Under the pieces are notes generated by a model. That model worked only from the letters and a program-made list of their open reading frames with translations, was not told the origin of the DNA and did no database searches. Positions 60,343 to 64,000 of a stretch of DNA of 64,000 nucleotides are shown here, one piece after another. A program made the position numbers and the translations under genes. The DNA comes from Podarcis muralis. Taxonomy: Eukaryota. How positions within the stretch are numbered: the stretch's first letter is position 1; the number at the start of each line of letters is the position of its first letter. The DNA is taken from contig NC_135667.1 in the NCBI RefSeq assembly GCF_964188315.1, positions 17,050,001 to 17,114,000 of the forward strand, in the 5' to 3' direction.

Positions 60343-63300
60343 CTTTTCGTAAGCAGCAGAAAGCGGCAGCTCTCTAAATATTTCTCAAAAACCAAGAAAG
60401 CAGAGAGACCCTTGAGTAGGCTTGCTTCTAGCTGGAAGCCGCAAGAGGCACAATCACTCCTGCTGCTAAGTATGTGCAAAATACAAACCTGTACTGGTGA
60501 ATGTGTGCAGAGACACAGGCATAGCCTTTTTCTTTTATTTCCTCCCCCCCCCTTCCTAAAGTGAGTCATGCAACTTCAAGCTGCCATTTCAGATGCCTTG
60601 CAAAAAACGTCTGTCTTGATTTCCTCTGATTGTAATGCTTTCTTGCCATAATGGACCATGTGCATAATAGGATGCCTATTTATATTTCTAGCCCCCCCCC
60701 CCCCATCTTGAAGACTTGAGGCAAGTGCCAGTAAAATATTTGTGCACATAAAACAAGCAATTAAAAATTAATGGTGGTAGGTGGGGGATTTTAACCTCAG
60801 CTGCTGAAAGCCAGGCCCAAATGGAAAGCTTCCCTAAGAGGCTCAGGCTTTGGCGAAGTTATGGAAGAAGTCCTGGCTCTATAACCATAGAAGTGGTCTT
60901 TTGGCCTGCTCTTCTAAATAATGTTATCCTAGTCACTCCCCAACCAAGACTTAGAAGTGCTCTCCAACTGAACACAGAGGACTGCTCTCAATACACAGCT
61001 GAATGAAGCATAAGAGGTGATAGAATATGCTGCATGACTCCAGACTGCAGGTGGGGTAATGCCAAGCTCGGGTTTAGTGAACCTTTGGCCCTCCAGATGT
61101 TTGCTTATGTATTTATAACCTGCAGTTTCATAAAACACCCCCTGTCTGTAAAAACACCTTCCTGCAAGTAGAAAACAAGCTGATCAGGCTGAGCTACAAC
61201 CTCTCTCCCCAATATGCTAGCTTTTTACTTGCAGTGACTCCTTTCTAAATAACAAGCAGATTTAAAATATGGCAACCACTACCACCACCAGTCTAAATTG
61301 ACAGTTCATTGTACCATTCTGTTCTCCTACATGTGTACACAAAAGCCTCAGGGGAAAAACTCACCACTCCTAGCAATAAGGAATTTGAATATATTTCAGT
61401 TACATGCCACTTCCTGGTTCAAACTTTCAAACACTGTCAGCTTCAGTCATCAATTGCCCAATACAGTCTTTTTTGCCTACCCCAGGAGAACACCCCCCCC
61501 CAGACCTCTGTGGTACAGTCAAACTGAGAGAGGAGCTTTGTCAGCTCAGCTGGAAGCCCATGTCCCAATGGTTACGGTAGTTTTCCTGGTGTCAACACAC
61601 TGGGTTAAGTAAGAAACAGGTGGAGAAATTTCTATTTTTGTTATGCAAGGACAAACTCCTGGAGTTTGGCAATGAATATGAGATAGGTATGACGGTGAGA
61701 GGTGGGTGGGAGAAAGCGTATGACTCAAATGCAGACGCCTGTATCGCTGATTAACTAACACCCCCCAAGGCTGAAGGGATTGATGGTGTTTTTATATTAC
61801 CCATTTTGTGATATACGTACTGGATACCTCTTGGAGGGGAATTGCACAATAGCAGGCAGACAGGTCAAGAGTGCTTCAGAAGGCATCTGAAGTGTGCTAA
61901 TGATTAAATTGCAGGCAAAGCCCTGCAAAGGGATCACCGCAAAACATTTCCTGCATTTGCAATCTGGTAAACAATCTTCCATAATCAAAATATCTTCCTT
62001 CGTGGGTGCTTTAGTGGCAGTGGAAGAACTCTGCCAAGTGCCAAGATGATGTGGTATAAGCCTCTGCTTTTTCCAGCTCAAGCCTGTCATGCAGATTGCA
62101 AGGGAATGTATTTCCCCCACCAACTCACAGACAAAAAACTTCGCTTGGTTTTGGGGCCACTGGCATCTTGGTTGTTGCAGCATGGGAGACCCAGCCTTGC
62201 AAGGTTCAGTCGTGTATCAACAAGCGCGCACGTTACAGATCTCACAAGGAGGCAGCCTCTTGTGTAGGACACCAACTCCCAGTCAACCCTCAGATGGAAC
62301 AGGGCCTTCTGTCATGGCACCCACACTATGGAACATCTTGCCTCAATAAATTTGGGTAGCCCATCACCTGCTTTTGGAAACCCGTTCAAAACTTCATTCA
62401 GGCCATAGCTTAGTAATAGGGTAAATGCTTTGCACTCAGAGGGTCCCAGTTCAGACCCTGAAATTTCTGGGTGGGGTTGGAAAGATCCTAATCTGAAACC
62501 CTATCAAATCGCTTCCTATGCTCCACGAATGCGTGTTCCATTGGCCATGATAACTGCCTGCTGTTTTTAATATTGTTACTGGGGTGACTTATTGCCTCTA
62601 TGCTTTAAAATGTGCATTTTATTTGTTAGTGAAGTTGGAGTCTCCACCAAAGGACCAACAAGGCAAGCTCCCCCCCGCCCCCCCGCCCCGTAGCCCTAGC
62701 CCAGAGAATAGTACTTCAACTGTGTTTGAATAGCTTATTGCAAGGGCCTTGTACACATTAATATTTTATTCCATGGAAGAGGCCATGTGCGCAGTTTAAC
62801 ATTCTCTTCTTTCTCAAGTTTTTAAAATGATCCTATTTTTAAAAATACCTTAATGGAGGCTGCTACTATTCAACAAATATGAGGGACAGGAAAGAAAATT
62901 TAGATTGAAAGAGCTGGCTCTCAAAAAATGTAAATTTTGGCAATATTCAATAACTTCTGAATGGGACAGGGATTGTCTCATTCCTGAACTCCCCCCTCCT
63001 GCCATAAGCCCGCTGTCTTTTACACCTCAGAAGACAGCAACTCTGGGGCAGACAAGCTGGTGCCACTTGCCAAATCCAACATGTGCAAACTTGATGTGCC
63101 GCCATCTCCACTTGGGACAACAGCAACCCATCACAGCGAGCAGACAAGGAAAAGCACCAGCTCCAGCTGCCTCCGTCCTACTTCCCCCTTGTGGCTTGGA
63201 ACGATGCTAACTACCCGTTATCCCATGACAAAAACCATCGAGTGAGTTGCAATCTAAGTCAGGTAAGGAGGATACCTCATGCCAGCATAGAATCATAGCA

Positions 63301-63713
63301 CTGTAGACTTAGAAGGTACACCAAGGGCCGTCCTGCAATGCAGGCTGCAAGGCAGCGACTTCCAGGGCAGCACTTGGAATGGGAGGCTGTAAGCAGCTTC
63401 TTTTAGCTTTGAATTCTGACTATCAAATAATGGAATTGCTTTCCAGTGTGTTTTTGTAATCCTGGAAATACCTAGAGGTTTTTTTATGGGCACGTTTACG
63501 ATGCTCCTTGGTCACCGTTATAAAACACAAGAAACACAGAGATCTGTTTACGGCCTGCAAGATCCAAGACTGGAAGCAGCGAAGGCAAAGGTGAGGATTT
63601 TGCCGTCGTGCAGCCGTCCCCGCTGTCAGCATATCCTGTCCTAACACTCCTTTTGCACCCTCTCACCACAGGCCACTTCCTTCCTGTTACAGTCATGTCT
63701 ATTAAGATACTGA
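60343..63713 (+). other. Chain of exon-like segments of an unidentified + strand gene (hypothetical)
   Basis: AG/GT-bounded segments 60343-60469, 61486-61576, 61915-61966, 62077-62203, 63031-63241, 63476-63590 and 63672-63713 join in one open frame. No homology recognised. Confidence 0.3.
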
Positions 63714-64000
63714 ACTCAAGGCAGCGCTGCTACCCCTTGTACAATGGAGAGGCAAGTGTTCCTGTTGAATCTTCATTGTGCTTTTGTGTGGACTAAACTT
63801 TTAAGTGAAAAACTAGTCCTGCAGCCAAGTCTTCCTTCTGGGCCAGTCTTCATTCTTGATGTTTAGCAGGGGCAGATGTCTGCCCGAAGCTTCTCTTTTT
63901 TTCTCGACAACCCAAACCCTCCTGGGGGGAAAACAACTTAAGTTCTCAGACAGTTAAAAACACATGCACCTATGTTTTCCCCTCCAAAATAAGACAAAAT

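Noticed and set aside
63525-63560. HRDL peptide (KHRDLFTACK) suggesting a kinase catalytic loop
   Set aside because: It lacks the following KxxN and any DFG or other kinase subdomain, so it is a chance match.
1-64000. CRISPR arrays, rRNA genes and prokaryotic operon features
   Set aside because: None seen. The DNA is intron-containing vertebrate sequence, and the repeated units are SINEs, MITEs and microsatellites, not repeat-spacer arrays.

Overview
Vertebrate genomic DNA from a squamate reptile. Sauria SINEs, BovB, young L2, L1 and CR1-tailed SINEs support this; a lacertid lizard is likely but is my inference. The window is the orthologue of the human 16p11.2 block. It contains a probable ALDOA 3' UTR end at the left edge, then complete spliced CDSs for PPP4C (+, 8 coding exons, 307 aa), TBX6 (-, 8 exons, 448 aa), YPEL3 (-, 4 exons, 119 aa) and GDPD3 (-, 10 exons, 318 aa). 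All four were reconstructed by hand with GT-AG sites and consistent phases. Just downstream of GDPD3 lies an intronless, disabled CCT7 retrocopy that keeps its 5' end but lacks the 3' end. It is split by a young L2 insertion and abuts a perfect 148-bp tandem duplication. The last 14 kb, where MAPK3 follows GDPD3 in mammals, holds no recognisable MAPK3. It contains BovB, an L2 fragment, one clear and one probable solo LTR (the latter with paired RFX X-boxes), hAT MITEs (one carrying TTAGGG repeats), and a phase-compatible chain of exon-like segments on the + strand that I cannot assign to a known gene. There are no rRNA genes, functional tRNA genes or CRISPR arrays. Family names for repeats and comparisons with human proteins come from recalled knowledge, not database searches.
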